Source: Eubacteriales bacterium (GTDB lineage: Bacteria; Bacillota; Clostridia; Oscillospirales; CAG-272). Taken from it: DNA of 50,546 bases. The position numbers and the translations under genes were made by a program. Position 1 is the first letter of the stretch, and each line of letters starts with the position of its first letter. Of the stretch, positions 37,220 through 46,351 are shown piece by piece. The notes beneath the pieces are model-generated. The model was not told the origin of the DNA. It was given only the letters and a program-made list of their open reading frames with translations, and did not search any database. The stretch covers positions 1-50,546 of the forward strand of contig JAZQUX010000190.1 in assembly GCA_045631585.1 (NCBI GenBank), in the 5' to 3' direction.

Positions 37220-37457
37220 TGCCTGCTACCTCCTCTTCTTCGAGGTCGGCAACGACATTGTCAAGCACATCCTGCGATAGTTTTATGGTGTTCTGCACGG
37301 CTTTGCCATCTACATACCCTTCTGCAACGATATACGCCACGATAGAGGTAATTACGGCACTTGCCCCCTCAATGATATTGCCCGATACAATAAGGGCTAT
37401 TCCTGTCAATATGCCTGCTACAGAGGCAAGGAATTTTCTTGATGTAAATTTGTTCAC
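37203..37457 (-). CDS. Putative holin (84 aa, 2 TM, acidic C-terminus; GTG start)
   Basis: GTGA overlap with the upstream stop, GAGGA RBS. FLASVAGILTGIALIVSG and ASAVITSIVAYIVAEGYV helices. Confidence 0.55.
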   Translation of the reverse strand: MNKFTSRKFLASVAGILTGIALIVSGNIIEGASAVITSIVAYIVAEGYVDGKAVQNTIKLSQDVLDNVVADLEEEEVAGNGDNT

Positions 37458-37711
37458 GGTAAATCCTCGCTTTCATTTGTTTCTCTTTTCTTTTTTATAA
37501 TGTCAGAGCCGAATACTTGTCGCAATGCCACGATAAGCAATTCACCGCCCCAAAATCCGATAAGCACCGCAAGTACATCACTCGGTATCGGGATTCGTAA
37601 TATCCAATACTCGATAAGGGTTATCAAAGTCATAAACAAACCAACCGAGATGGACACCGAAATGATGATGTTAGCAAATATGCTGATTTTTTTCTTGACC
37701 TTTTTAGCCAT
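37454..37711 (-). CDS. Putative holin / lysis membrane protein (85 aa, 2 TM)
   Basis: ATG at 37711 overlaps the endolysin stop. MAKKVKKKISIFANIIISVSISVGLFMTLITLIEYW...VLAVLIGFWGGELLIVAL. Confidence 0.55.
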   Translation of the reverse strand: MAKKVKKKISIFANIIISVSISVGLFMTLITLIEYWILRIPIPSDVLAVLIGFWGGELLIVALRQVFGSDIIKKKRETNESEDLP

Positions 37712-38312
37712 TCTCATTGACCACCTTTCGGATAATCCAATACAACGACATAAACTCGGCATCATCCTTTGCCTTGTCAAGAGCCTTTACAGCCCTTTCA
37801 GGCTCATTTATCTCGACCTTAAGTTTGCCATTCATAAGCTGCCAAACGATGTCATTTCCCGTCTGTAGCTCTTTCTTCGTAGGCTCGGAAACATACTCAC
37901 CAACTTTGGTCGGTATAACGAACACAGTCGATGGATTTATTGATGTAGATGTACCCTTGTACCGCACTTCAAAATGCGTATGCAACCCCGTTGACTTGCC
38001 CGTGCTACCCATCACACCGAGCTTTTGACCTTTTGTGACCTTTTGCCCCTTCGTAACAGCCCTCGACTTTAGATGGCACATAAATACACTATACTTTCCA
38101 TCTGCCGTGTCAAGCCTTATGTAGTTGCCCCATTCAGCCGTAGCACCAACATACACCCTTGTGCTTGTACCGATAACACCATCGCAAGGCGCATATACCG
38201 TCTTATCGTCAATTCCGACAAGGTCAACGCCTTTATGAAATTCAGGCTTGCCGTTTAAAATTCGATTACCGTAAGGCGAAGTGATTTTGTATTTTCCTTT
38301 AAAACAAGCCAT
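37704..38312 (-). CDS. M23 (LytM-type) peptidase endolysin (202 aa)
   Basis: ATG at 38312 with AGGAGG RBS. H-x-x-x-D motif FHKGVDL and GSTGKSTGLHTHFEV (H-x-H). Confidence 0.85.
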   Translation of the reverse strand: MACFKGKYKITSPYGNRILNGKPEFHKGVDLVGIDDKTVYAPCDGVIGTSTRVYVGATAEWGNYIRLDTADGKYSVFMCHLKSRAVTKGQKVTKGQKLGVMGSTGKSTGLHTHFEVRYKGTSTSINPSTVFVIPTKVGEYVSEPTKKELQTGNDIVWQLMNGKLKVEINEPERAVKALDKAKDDAEFMSLYWIIRKVVNENG

Positions 38313-38323
38313 ACTTTGCCTCC

Positions 38324-39859
38324 TTAAAGCTTTACCCACTTATTGTTAAAACGGACATATGAGTCATTGTCCTTCGGCTCGCCATCTGTTCTGTATACCT
38401 CAACCGTACTATTATAAGGAATGGTATAGTTCACGTCCTGCTCGGTACAATTCACACTCATTTCAAAGCCATCGGGACCTGCGCTTGCCACGCCGCATTC
38501 TTTAAATATAAATTCTCTGTTTCCGATAATAAACTTATATGTGAAAGCATAATGCCTCTGCACATCATCATAAAGAAAGTTTGCAATACTTGACCAACCG
38601 TAAAAATATATTGTATGTTCGGTGATAACACTGCCGCTTGCATCAAAGAATTCACCCACATTTGTCCACGGAGAAAGAGAATATACATCTCCATCGTTAG
38701 CTGTTTCGGAAAGCGCACTTACTTCGCCCATAAACTTCATTACGCATCCTTCTCCTGCAAGTCCCGCATCACCATCACTACCATTGAGGTTGGCAATAAC
38801 TGTTATAACATCGTAGGTTACCATAATTGTTTCGCCGTGTTCCGTGGTAGAATAACTTGCCGTTGAATGGTTAAGCATCAAACCGCTGCCTCCATCGAAA
38901 AGCAAGTCTCCTTCAACAAAACCTTTAGGCATAGTAAAATCAAGGTATATCCCTGCACCACGCTGATAATTACTGTATCTAACGCCCACGGGATTCACCT
39001 TTGAAAGACCGAAATTAACTGTATGAATTGTTGTGCCGTTCTCTCCGTTCTTGCCATCCTTACCCTTAATATCCGCAAAGCATCTCACCGTGATAAAACG
39101 AACAACACCGTACTCCTTTATCATTCCCTCAATTATAAGCATTTTCCCGTCTTCGGAAAGGAAGTAATCGCCCACTCTCCAAGAGTCAATGCCGGGAATA
39201 GTCTGCCCATAAAAATCTTCCAACCCACTGAGGCTTCCGATTTCGTATGTTCTACCGACTTCAGCACCATAACCCTCGAACGGGAATTCAAATATCCTTG
39301 TTCCGTCATTGCCCTTCTGTGCGATAAGAAGCCAAGATTCACCATCCGTAGGATTCATCCCCATTGCACTATCAGCCGTCAGCACATAGCTTGAGCCTTC
39401 GTAGGATACCTTGTTGCCCTTGACATACTTCTTTGAAGGGTTATACTCCTCAAATACAAGGTAATTTCTCATTTCCGTCATACGCTTCTCATATGCATCT
39501 GCATTTTCGGAAACAAACTCTCTGCCCGTGAATTTGCCGTGAGACAGCACATTAATCTTTATGGTACTTGAAGTAATCTGTCTCTTAATCTCCTCGCCCT
39601 CAAGCTCATATGCACGAAGATAAACGCTCCACACACCGGGTGCAAGAGCAAGATTGTCCTCGGCTTTGATTTTGCCACCTATGAGGATAATGCTGTTGAT
39701 TGCCGCACCGCACTTGAAGTATGCCGTCACTTCGGGGAACGACTTCCAATCATCCGAAAGGTCAAATTCCGCTTCAAGATACCTTATTGTATCGCCAACA
39801 ATGACATCACCGCCATCAAGATAAAAAAGCTCCTGACCATCGGTTTTGAATTTCAGCAT
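38324..39859 (-). CDS. Tail fibre / receptor-binding protein candidate (511 aa)
   Basis: Last structural gene before the lysis genes. Beta-rich sequence. AAGGAGTGG RBS. Confidence 0.55.
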   Translation of the reverse strand: MLKFKTDGQELFYLDGGDVIVGDTIRYLEAEFDLSDDWKSFPEVTAYFKCGAAINSIILIGGKIKAEDNLALAPGVWSVYLRAYELEGEEIKRQITSSTIKINVLSHGKFTGREFVSENADAYEKRMTEMRNYLVFEEYNPSKKYVKGNKVSYEGSSYVLTADSAMGMNPTDGESWLLIAQKGNDGTRIFEFPFEGYGAEVGRTYEIGSLSGLEDFYGQTIPGIDSWRVGDYFLSEDGKMLIIEGMIKEYGVVRFITVRCFADIKGKDGKNGENGTTIHTVNFGLSKVNPVGVRYSNYQRGAGIYLDFTMPKGFVEGDLLFDGGSGLMLNHSTASYSTTEHGETIMVTYDVITVIANLNGSDGDAGLAGEGCVMKFMGEVSALSETANDGDVYSLSPWTNVGEFFDASGSVITEHTIYFYGWSSIANFLYDDVQRHYAFTYKFIIGNREFIFKECGVASAGPDGFEMSVNCTEQDVNYTIPYNSTVEVYRTDGEPKDNDSYVRFNNKWVKL

Positions 39860-39875
39860 AATACCACTCCTTCCT

Positions 39876-40553
39876 TTATGTTATAGAATTTAATTTAGTT
39901 ACAATATCGTTAAAGAAATCTGCCGTAATGGGCTGATTGCTTGCCACTTCGGACACGGATGCCCCCATAGACTTCAACGCCCTCACAGCCTCGTTTATAA
40001 TACTTGCGGATATAACCTTGCCCTCGGAAAGTCCGTGATTACCGCCCACAACAGCACCTTGAGGAAGTCCTGCACTTACAGCCTTTGTGAAAGATACCGT
40101 ACTTTTTCCCTTGTATTTTAAAAATTCGTTTATCTTATTCGTGAAAGCATTCCACTCCGAAGCGGAAACCCTTAAGGGCTGACCGACTTCTTTGGCAATA
40201 GCCCACTTGAAAGAGGTCGGCTTGCCGTTTGTAAGCTCAATTAAATATCTTGCTGTTGTATGAATGCTTCCATCATACTCTCGCTCAATATTAAAATACA
40301 CTTCGTATACTATATCGGGAAGAAGTTTAATGTTAAGCTCGCCATCAAAACCGCCTATTACCGAGTCAAAGCCCAAGTCATCCGCAAAAACCTCCCCGGT
40401 ATCGGGATTTTCAACCACAACCTGAAGCATTGAATAACTTATAGCAGAATTAAAATTTTCCGCATTGAGATACAAATAACCATCGTTGTCAACTATAAGT
40501 GTAATTTCAACCCACTCACTATCAACATATTCTGTGAATTTATAATTAGCCAT
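39876..40553 (-). CDS. Tail-associated protein (225 aa)
   Basis: Position in the tail block. The C-terminal segment ...SASEWNAFTNKINEFLKYKGK...ITADFFNDIVTKLNSI resembles a motif I recall from prophage tail proteins. Confidence 0.5.
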   Translation of the reverse strand: MANYKFTEYVDSEWVEITLIVDNDGYLYLNAENFNSAISYSMLQVVVENPDTGEVFADDLGFDSVIGGFDGELNIKLLPDIVYEVYFNIEREYDGSIHTTARYLIELTNGKPTSFKWAIAKEVGQPLRVSASEWNAFTNKINEFLKYKGKSTVSFTKAVSAGLPQGAVVGGNHGLSEGKVISASIINEAVRALKSMGASVSEVASNQPITADFFNDIVTKLNSIT

Positions 40554-40564
40554 TCAAATTTACC

Positions 40565-41425
40565 TCACTCAAATACGGCATAAAGACCCGTGACCTTTGC
40601 ATCGGAGAAGTCAATCTCGCAGCCATCCTGAAATGTGACATCGTAATCTGTGTCGCTCTTAACATCAAAATGCGTAAATACAATAGGGGAGGAAACGTAA
40701 ACATAACCATATCCGCTATATTCGTTTGTGGACGAAGGACCTCTCCACATACCCGCACCTATGGAAATGTTTTCAGAAGATTGTTTTTCCGAAGATGCAT
40801 ATGTGAGGATTTTCATAGCACGACCCATTTCGGATGCGATAAGCATTCTGTTTTTTGCTTCGTTGTTTCCGCTACCCGTGGAGTCAAAGCTTATAAATCC
40901 TGCAACATTATCCTCGTTTCCATCGCAAACATACAACGCAGAGCCTTTATCTGCTCCCTTGCCCGTCACATAAATGTTGCCGTTTTGATATGTGTTGCCG
41001 TCTATTTTTACATTTCCGCCAAGAAAAAAGCCGTCTGACGTCTGCCTGAAAGAACTTGAAATGCTGTTCTTGTCAACCATCTCCCACTTATTAAGCAAAG
41101 ACGAATATCGGTAATTATTTCCGTTCCAAGAAACCAAACTACCTTTATATTTTTCATAATATTCGGGATTGGTAATAGGATTGCCGTCTGTACCTATAAG
41201 CACTTCGTTGTAAACAGTTCCGACTTCCATTTCAATCTTCTCTGCAGTCTGCTCAATCTTAGAATACATATTCCCCTGCTGCACCTTATAGTTAGCAGAA
41301 AAATTATCCTCATCAAGATTATTCAGCAAATCCTCATAATGCCGTTTCATAGAAACAAGCTGTTCTTCAAGAAGGGCAATTCCGTCCTCAAGCTTCTTCA
41401 GCTTCTTCTCAAGCAATATATCCAT
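40565..41425 (-). CDS. Tail fibre-like protein with N-terminal coiled coil (286 aa)
   Basis: ATG at 41425 with GAGGAGG RBS. MDILLEKKLKKLEDGIALLEEQLVSMKRHYEDLL..., then a beta-rich region. Confidence 0.5.
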   Translation of the reverse strand: MDILLEKKLKKLEDGIALLEEQLVSMKRHYEDLLNNLDEDNFSANYKVQQGNMYSKIEQTAEKIEMEVGTVYNEVLIGTDGNPITNPEYYEKYKGSLVSWNGNNYRYSSLLNKWEMVDKNSISSSFRQTSDGFFLGGNVKIDGNTYQNGNIYVTGKGADKGSALYVCDGNEDNVAGFISFDSTGSGNNEAKNRMLIASEMGRAMKILTYASSEKQSSENISIGAGMWRGPSSTNEYSGYGYVYVSSPIVFTHFDVKSDTDYDVTFQDGCEIDFSDAKVTGLYAVFE

Positions 41426-41436
41426 AATACCCCTCC

Positions 41437-42963
41437 TCAAATGTATCTCTTTCCCGAATAGGAGTAAGTAAGGTCAACTCGATAAATGCGGATTTTTCCC
41501 TTTCCTTCAAAATATAGCGAATGAAAAAGGCTGTCCGTCTGACGAATTAATGCTCTCATCTTATCGACTCCGTCAAGACTCTGCTTGCCTATAATTCTGC
41601 TCCATATACCGCCAATCGAGTCACCCGACAATGTTGCTTCAATGTCGTCTCCCTCTGCGGTCACGGAAATAGAATGCACTCTCTTATCCTCCGAAGAGCC
41701 GTTAAGAATAGGTGCGGTCTTGAAATACCAATCAGAACTACCGCCATCAACTTTGCTTTCGGGATAAACAAAAATCTTTCCGCTTGCTCCGACAGAGTAA
41801 ATGCCCTCATCATTCGCCGCGAAAGAAAGAATGTAATTCGTCCCGTGCGGATTATCTATCGAAGACCAAGCCCCATTCGCAGGACAGTATGTGTAGACAA
41901 GCTTTGGGTCAAGATGCTTGTTATACATATATAAAACTCCGTCATAAGCACCGCACACAACACTCTCATCGTATGCAACCTCACCAAGAGCCTCGGAAAT
42001 CCGCTTCGGATAACCGCCACTATATCTGTATATGCCATCACTTGAAGCAAAATAAAGCACACTATCAAGCTCACATACACTTCGTGCAGACACACAGCCT
42101 ATAGCCACAATGTCCTGAAGCCTGAAGGGATTCTTGTTGTTGTTTATCTGATGCATATAATCATCCTTGAATACGATAGGATGACCGTCATATGCTGTTA
42201 TAGCCGTAATATTGCCCGAACTCTGCGTGTTAGCCTGCGTGGTCGTATACCAAGCGTGTGAAGCATCATAGCCACCCGTTGTAAGTCCGTCCTCGTCTGT
42301 AGATTCGGGAGTATCAAGCGAATAGTCCTTAAATGTAGAAGCAGAAGAACAAACGACAAGATTACCCTTTGAGCCAAATACTCTTCCGTTCCAAATGGTA
42401 AAATGTTCAAACACGGGCGATGTGTCCGTAATGTTTTTTACTGTACTGAATTCCCGTATGCTTATATACTTTCTGTCGGGATAAATCAGCAAATCATATT
42501 CGGGTGTCGCATCATAGTACATCTGATTCTCGTTGGGAGAGTACATACAAAATACGCCCATCTCTCGCTTTTCTCCGATGTTTGCGTTTTTCCAAGTTAC
42601 TGTAGCCTTGATAACTCCGTCTGTGATTTTTACAAGATTGACAGTATTATCACCGTTTTCATTACTACCCTCACACAGAACATACAACGACTTTTCGTAT
42701 CCAAATATGCCAAATATATTTTCGCTGATGGCATTGGGATTACCGCCACTATCTTCGCCAATAGCAGACTTTGCAACGCCCACCGAAACCACTTCGGGAA
42801 ACCTCGTCACATCAATATTGACACATTCAACAAGCCCTCTGCTGTCGGGTACTTTCCGAAGGTCAAGACCATTGAAATAAGCCATCTCACTTGTGTACTT
42901 CTTCTTGCCACCCTGCGGAATGTAAGCCTGCATATAGCTTCTCGTCTGTTCCTTTTTTGCCAT
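41437..42963 (-). CDS. Large virion/tail structural protein (508 aa), repeat-blade (beta-propeller-like) composition
   Basis: ATG at 42963 (TGATG overlap) with GGAGGTG RBS. Position is between the connector genes and the fibres. Confidence 0.5.
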   Translation of the reverse strand: MAKKEQTRSYMQAYIPQGGKKKYTSEMAYFNGLDLRKVPDSRGLVECVNIDVTRFPEVVSVGVAKSAIGEDSGGNPNAISENIFGIFGYEKSLYVLCEGSNENGDNTVNLVKITDGVIKATVTWKNANIGEKREMGVFCMYSPNENQMYYDATPEYDLLIYPDRKYISIREFSTVKNITDTSPVFEHFTIWNGRVFGSKGNLVVCSSASTFKDYSLDTPESTDEDGLTTGGYDASHAWYTTTQANTQSSGNITAITAYDGHPIVFKDDYMHQINNNKNPFRLQDIVAIGCVSARSVCELDSVLYFASSDGIYRYSGGYPKRISEALGEVAYDESVVCGAYDGVLYMYNKHLDPKLVYTYCPANGAWSSIDNPHGTNYILSFAANDEGIYSVGASGKIFVYPESKVDGGSSDWYFKTAPILNGSSEDKRVHSISVTAEGDDIEATLSGDSIGGIWSRIIGKQSLDGVDKMRALIRQTDSLFHSLYFEGKGKIRIYRVDLTYSYSGKRYI

Positions 42964-43541
42964 CAGCCAAGCACCTCCGCTTTTGTCTCGGCAATCCACA
43001 TTCTGAAGTCATCAAGCCTTGTATTGTAGACTCCGTACCACTTCGATGAAAGGTCATCGTCATTTGAGATGTTGTACATATCACCTCTTATTTTCGCTTT
43101 GACCATATCAATAAAGTCAAGAGGCACGGGAACATTCCCCTCAAATTCAACGCTGTCCGCATCTTCGGGGATTTCATAAGTAACCACATAGCAAGACTCT
43201 CCGTCAAAATTCTTGAGAGTAACCTTGTCCTTTGCAGAAACATACCAACACATTCTGCTTGTGACAAGTGCAAAGGTCAGGTTAACCTTCTCAAGCTCAA
43301 AGAAATCCTTACTGTATATTCTGTAAACATCCTCTGCATTGCCGTCAAGGAGAACAACTCCGCTTTCGCTGATGCTCTCATATTCCTGCATCTTTTCATT
43401 CTTGATGATGTCTCTGTACAAAGCCTTTATAAGCCCATTGTACGATTGCAGAAGCACATCAGCACTTACATCGGGAGCAATATCCGCTTCACCGTTTATC
43501 TGCTCAAACAGAGCCTTTACGGTTATTCCGCTATCAAACAT
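42963..43541 (-). CDS. Head-tail connector/adaptor candidate (192 aa)
   Basis: ATG at 43541 with GAGAGGTG RBS (the track start at 43550 is GTG). Second gene after the capsid-proximal late motif. Confidence 0.45.
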   Translation of the reverse strand: MFDSGITVKALFEQINGEADIAPDVSADVLLQSYNGLIKALYRDIIKNEKMQEYESISESGVVLLDGNAEDVYRIYSKDFFELEKVNLTFALVTSRMCWYVSAKDKVTLKNFDGESCYVVTYEIPEDADSVEFEGNVPVPLDFIDMVKAKIRGDMYNISNDDDLSSKWYGVYNTRLDDFRMWIAETKAEVLG

Positions 43542-43890
43542 GATTTTCACCTCTCAAACTCGGCTTAACAGCCTTCCCCTTTGACTTGCTTCGCCACACA
43601 GCAAGATAAGCCTGCTGACCCTTCTGCACAGCTCCTTCAAGCTTGGAAGCATCACCCATCAGCACTACGATGTAGTCACAGATAGCAGACGAATACTCAT
43701 CGTACACATCCACCACATCGGTACGCCTTTCAGCACCATCAAAGCTTCCGCTCTCGCCAACCACATAATCACGCCCGAAACGAGTCATAAAAAACTCCAC
43801 AGCCTGATTGAAGTATTCGCAGAATTTCTGTTCCGAAAGCACCGCACCCGAAAATGCAATTCTTTCATAAATTTTTGTAAGTTTTATCAT
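43534..43890 (-). CDS. Head completion/connector candidate (118 aa)
   Basis: GGAAGGTGGG RBS. First gene after late motif b. Confidence 0.45.
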   Translation of the reverse strand: MIKLTKIYERIAFSGAVLSEQKFCEYFNQAVEFFMTRFGRDYVVGESGSFDGAERRTDVVDVYDEYSSAICDYIVVLMGDASKLEGAVQKGQQAYLAVWRSKSKGKAVKPSLRGENHV

Positions 43891-43947
43891 AGATACCCAC
43901 CTTCCTCATCCGACAGATTTTTACCCTATTGTACCTGCCACAATTTA

Positions 43948-43979
43948 ATGCTACCACATTTTTCCGCATTTTCATTTAC
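43948..43979 (-). promoter_or_regulatory. Late-promoter-like motif, copy b
   Basis: Minus strand reads GTAAATGAAAATGCGGAAAAATGTGGTAGCAT. Ends 57 nt upstream of the ATG at 43890 and lies just downstream of terminator 43995-44029. Confidence 0.55.
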
Positions 43980-43994
43980 ACTTTCGCTTTTTCA

Positions 43995-44029
43995 CAAAAA
44001 AAGAAGAAACCCGTGACAAAAGCCACGGG
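43995..44029 (-). terminator. Intrinsic terminator after the major capsid gene
   Basis: Minus strand CCCGUG / CACGGG stem, 8-nt loop, then UUUCUUCUUUUUUU. Confidence 0.65.
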
Positions 44030-44070
44030 AATCCCCAAAGGAGTTATGTTATGAAGAAACCTTGCAAAAA

Positions 44071-45267
44071 TCAGTTACCGCTGTATGTGCAGTTGGTAAT
44101 CTTGAAGGAAGCACCGGGATTTTCACAGATTACGTTACCGTAAGATGTGAGAAGTGCTCTGTAATAGTTCTTACCGGGAACAAGAGTAAATGTAGAGCTG
44201 TTTTCATTAGCAAAGTCAAAGGGAGTAGATTCGTACTTCCAATCCTTTGTGGAAACGCCCCATACTTCTGTTTCGGGAACGAAGGATTCGTTAACAACCT
44301 TTGCGGTCTTGTTGCCGAAGAGAACTTCAAAGCCTGAATGACCGCCCTTGAACTTGAGCTGTTCTGTGATGGTAACATTGTTTTCCTTCATGTACATCTG
44401 ATATGCGTTGAATGCGGTATCGCCCATCATAATAAGGTCGATATCACCGTTCTTGTCTCTTTCTGCATCACGCATAGCATTTGTGATAAGAACATCGTTG
44501 AGACCACCGCCAACAGCCTTTGTTGCATCGTATGTAAGAGGAAGAATCCAAGGATTTTCGGAAACTGCCTTGCCGTAAATGACAGAACCGTTGGTGGCAT
44601 TCATCACAGCACCAAGACCTGTGATTTCTCTGCCGTAAGAGTTCTGGAGGGTGATCATACCGCCTGCAAAGTTGGAGACTTCAGCATCAACAAAAACTTT
44701 ATTACCAACTCTGTCAAGAGCTTTAATGCGAACAGCCTTCCTCACAGGAGTAGAAGAAGCATTGTATCCTGCTTCGTAAATATCAACAATCATACCTTCC
44801 TTGAGATTCTTCACGCTGTCTACGAGAATATAATTATCTTCTCCACCATTGATATCACAAAGCTTACCGCTACCATCCCCGAAGAGCGCTCTGCCAAGAT
44901 TCCAATTTGTAGCATCAAAAGCAGAACGAACTTCTCTGTCAAGCGCGTCAATCATAGAAGACTCACTCTTTGAGCCAAGCTTGATTGTCTTGTCGGAGAT
45001 TTCAATGTTGCAGTAAAGGTTGCGAAGACCGATTTCAAAGTCCTTGTACATCTGAGGACCTGAAATAGGAGTGTCAGAGCCGTCAACGCCGAAGCCTACA
45101 CCACCGTTAAGACCGAATGTAGCTGCAGCTCTTACTGTGTCGTTTGTAGCATTAGTCTTCTTTATCATCTCAAGGAAGGGAGAAGGCTTAATGCCAATCT
45201 GATTTCTGAATGCGGGAAGATACTTGTCCTTAAGTATTTCCTTTACGAGTTCAAGTGTCTGTGCCAT
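44071..45267 (-). CDS. Major capsid protein (398 aa)
   Basis: Follows the scaffold gene and is followed by a terminator. N-terminus MAQTLELVKEILKDKYLPAFRNQIG... and overall composition are typical of HK97-fold capsid proteins of Firmicutes phages. Confidence 0.8.
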   Translation of the reverse strand: MAQTLELVKEILKDKYLPAFRNQIGIKPSPFLEMIKKTNATNDTVRAAATFGLNGGVGFGVDGSDTPISGPQMYKDFEIGLRNLYCNIEISDKTIKLGSKSESSMIDALDREVRSAFDATNWNLGRALFGDGSGKLCDINGGEDNYILVDSVKNLKEGMIVDIYEAGYNASSTPVRKAVRIKALDRVGNKVFVDAEVSNFAGGMITLQNSYGREITGLGAVMNATNGSVIYGKAVSENPWILPLTYDATKAVGGGLNDVLITNAMRDAERDKNGDIDLIMMGDTAFNAYQMYMKENNVTITEQLKFKGGHSGFEVLFGNKTAKVVNESFVPETEVWGVSTKDWKYESTPFDFANENSSTFTLVPGKNYYRALLTSYGNVICENPGASFKITNCTYSGN

Positions 45268-45293
45268 AGTTTAAATCATCCTTTCTGATTTGT

Positions 45294-45320
45294 GTTTTTT
45301 GTTTTTTGTTTTTTGTTTTT
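45294..45320. repeat. Tandem heptamer (GTTTTTT)x3 + GTTTTT in the capsid-gene leader
   Basis: Read directly. On the coding (minus) strand it is AAAAAC(AAAAAAC)3, 27-53 nt upstream of the capsid ATG. Confidence 0.9.
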
Positions 45321-45361
45321 CGTATAATTAAAAGACTGTGCACATCTTTTACAAAAGGTTA

Positions 45362-46348
45362 TTACTTTCTGCCTCGCAGATAATTGAGAGCACCGCTTCT
45401 CGCCATATCAAAGTCGGTAGGCTCTTCGGGAATGTTCAGCCCGACTCTGTTAGAGCCACCACCCGCAACATAGGGAGGAGGATTATCCTGCTTGTTCTGC
45501 GCAATGCCCTTGACACGTCTTGCCTCAAGTGCACGCATAAGCTCGGGATTGTTCTCAATCTCGGAAAGCTGTTCATCCATAGACTTCGGAGCAGGTGCGG
45601 GAGGGGGATTATTTCTCGCCTTAACCGCATCAACACCCTGTGTGATAAGGTACGCAATCTCATACTGTTTGTTGAGAGGAAGCTGTTTAAGCTCGGGATT
45701 CTTCTCGATAATCTGCTCCATCCAAGGCTCTCTGTCCTGAAAACCTGCATACTGATTGTTGCTTCTGTACGCATCCTTGACATTACGCCTCTGTACATCA
45801 GCCTCTCTCGCACGGAAGTCATTCACCATAGGTGCAAGCTCTTCCATAATCTTTCCCCTTGTGTACTGCATCGTATCGTCAACAAACTTCTGCGTTGCCT
45901 CTCTCTGCTCTTCCTCCGAAGCATACATAATCGAGGAAATATCAAATGTAGGCGGAGTCATAACAGCGGAAACAACCTCCTCGGCTGTGCTTCTGTTAAC
46001 CGTCTGTGCCTGCTGTGCCATCTGTTGCATCTGCTGTTGCATCATCTGCATCTGCTGCATAAGCTGCTGATTCTGTGCCTGCAACTGCTGATAAATAGCA
46101 TCATTCTGCGGAGCTACATTCCCCTGAATGGGTGCTTCCGTAGGCGCATTTGCCTCTTCGACAACCGCCTGTTCTTCCGCTACCGCTTCCGTTTCGGGAA
46201 CAGCTTCCTCCACAGGTGCTTCTTCGGGAGCATTTTCCCTTGCTTCAACCTCTGCTCTCGCCGCCGCAAGAGCCTCATCAAGTGTCATAGGCTCACTGTT
46301 TACCGCCTCTTCACTTGTCTGCTGTTCAATCATTTCATTCTCATCCAT
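45362..46348 (-). CDS. Scaffolding protein (328 aa)
   Basis: Between portal and capsid. Acidic A/E/P-rich N-terminus and Q/M-rich coiled coil (QQLQAQNQQLMQQMQMMQQQMQQMAQQAQ). Confidence 0.75.
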   Translation of the reverse strand: MDENEMIEQQTSEEAVNSEPMTLDEALAAARAEVEARENAPEEAPVEEAVPETEAVAEEQAVVEEANAPTEAPIQGNVAPQNDAIYQQLQAQNQQLMQQMQMMQQQMQQMAQQAQTVNRSTAEEVVSAVMTPPTFDISSIMYASEEEQREATQKFVDDTMQYTRGKIMEELAPMVNDFRAREADVQRRNVKDAYRSNNQYAGFQDREPWMEQIIEKNPELKQLPLNKQYEIAYLITQGVDAVKARNNPPPAPAPKSMDEQLSEIENNPELMRALEARRVKGIAQNKQDNPPPYVAGGGSNRVGLNIPEEPTDFDMARSGALNYLRGRK

Positions 46349-46351
46349 TTT

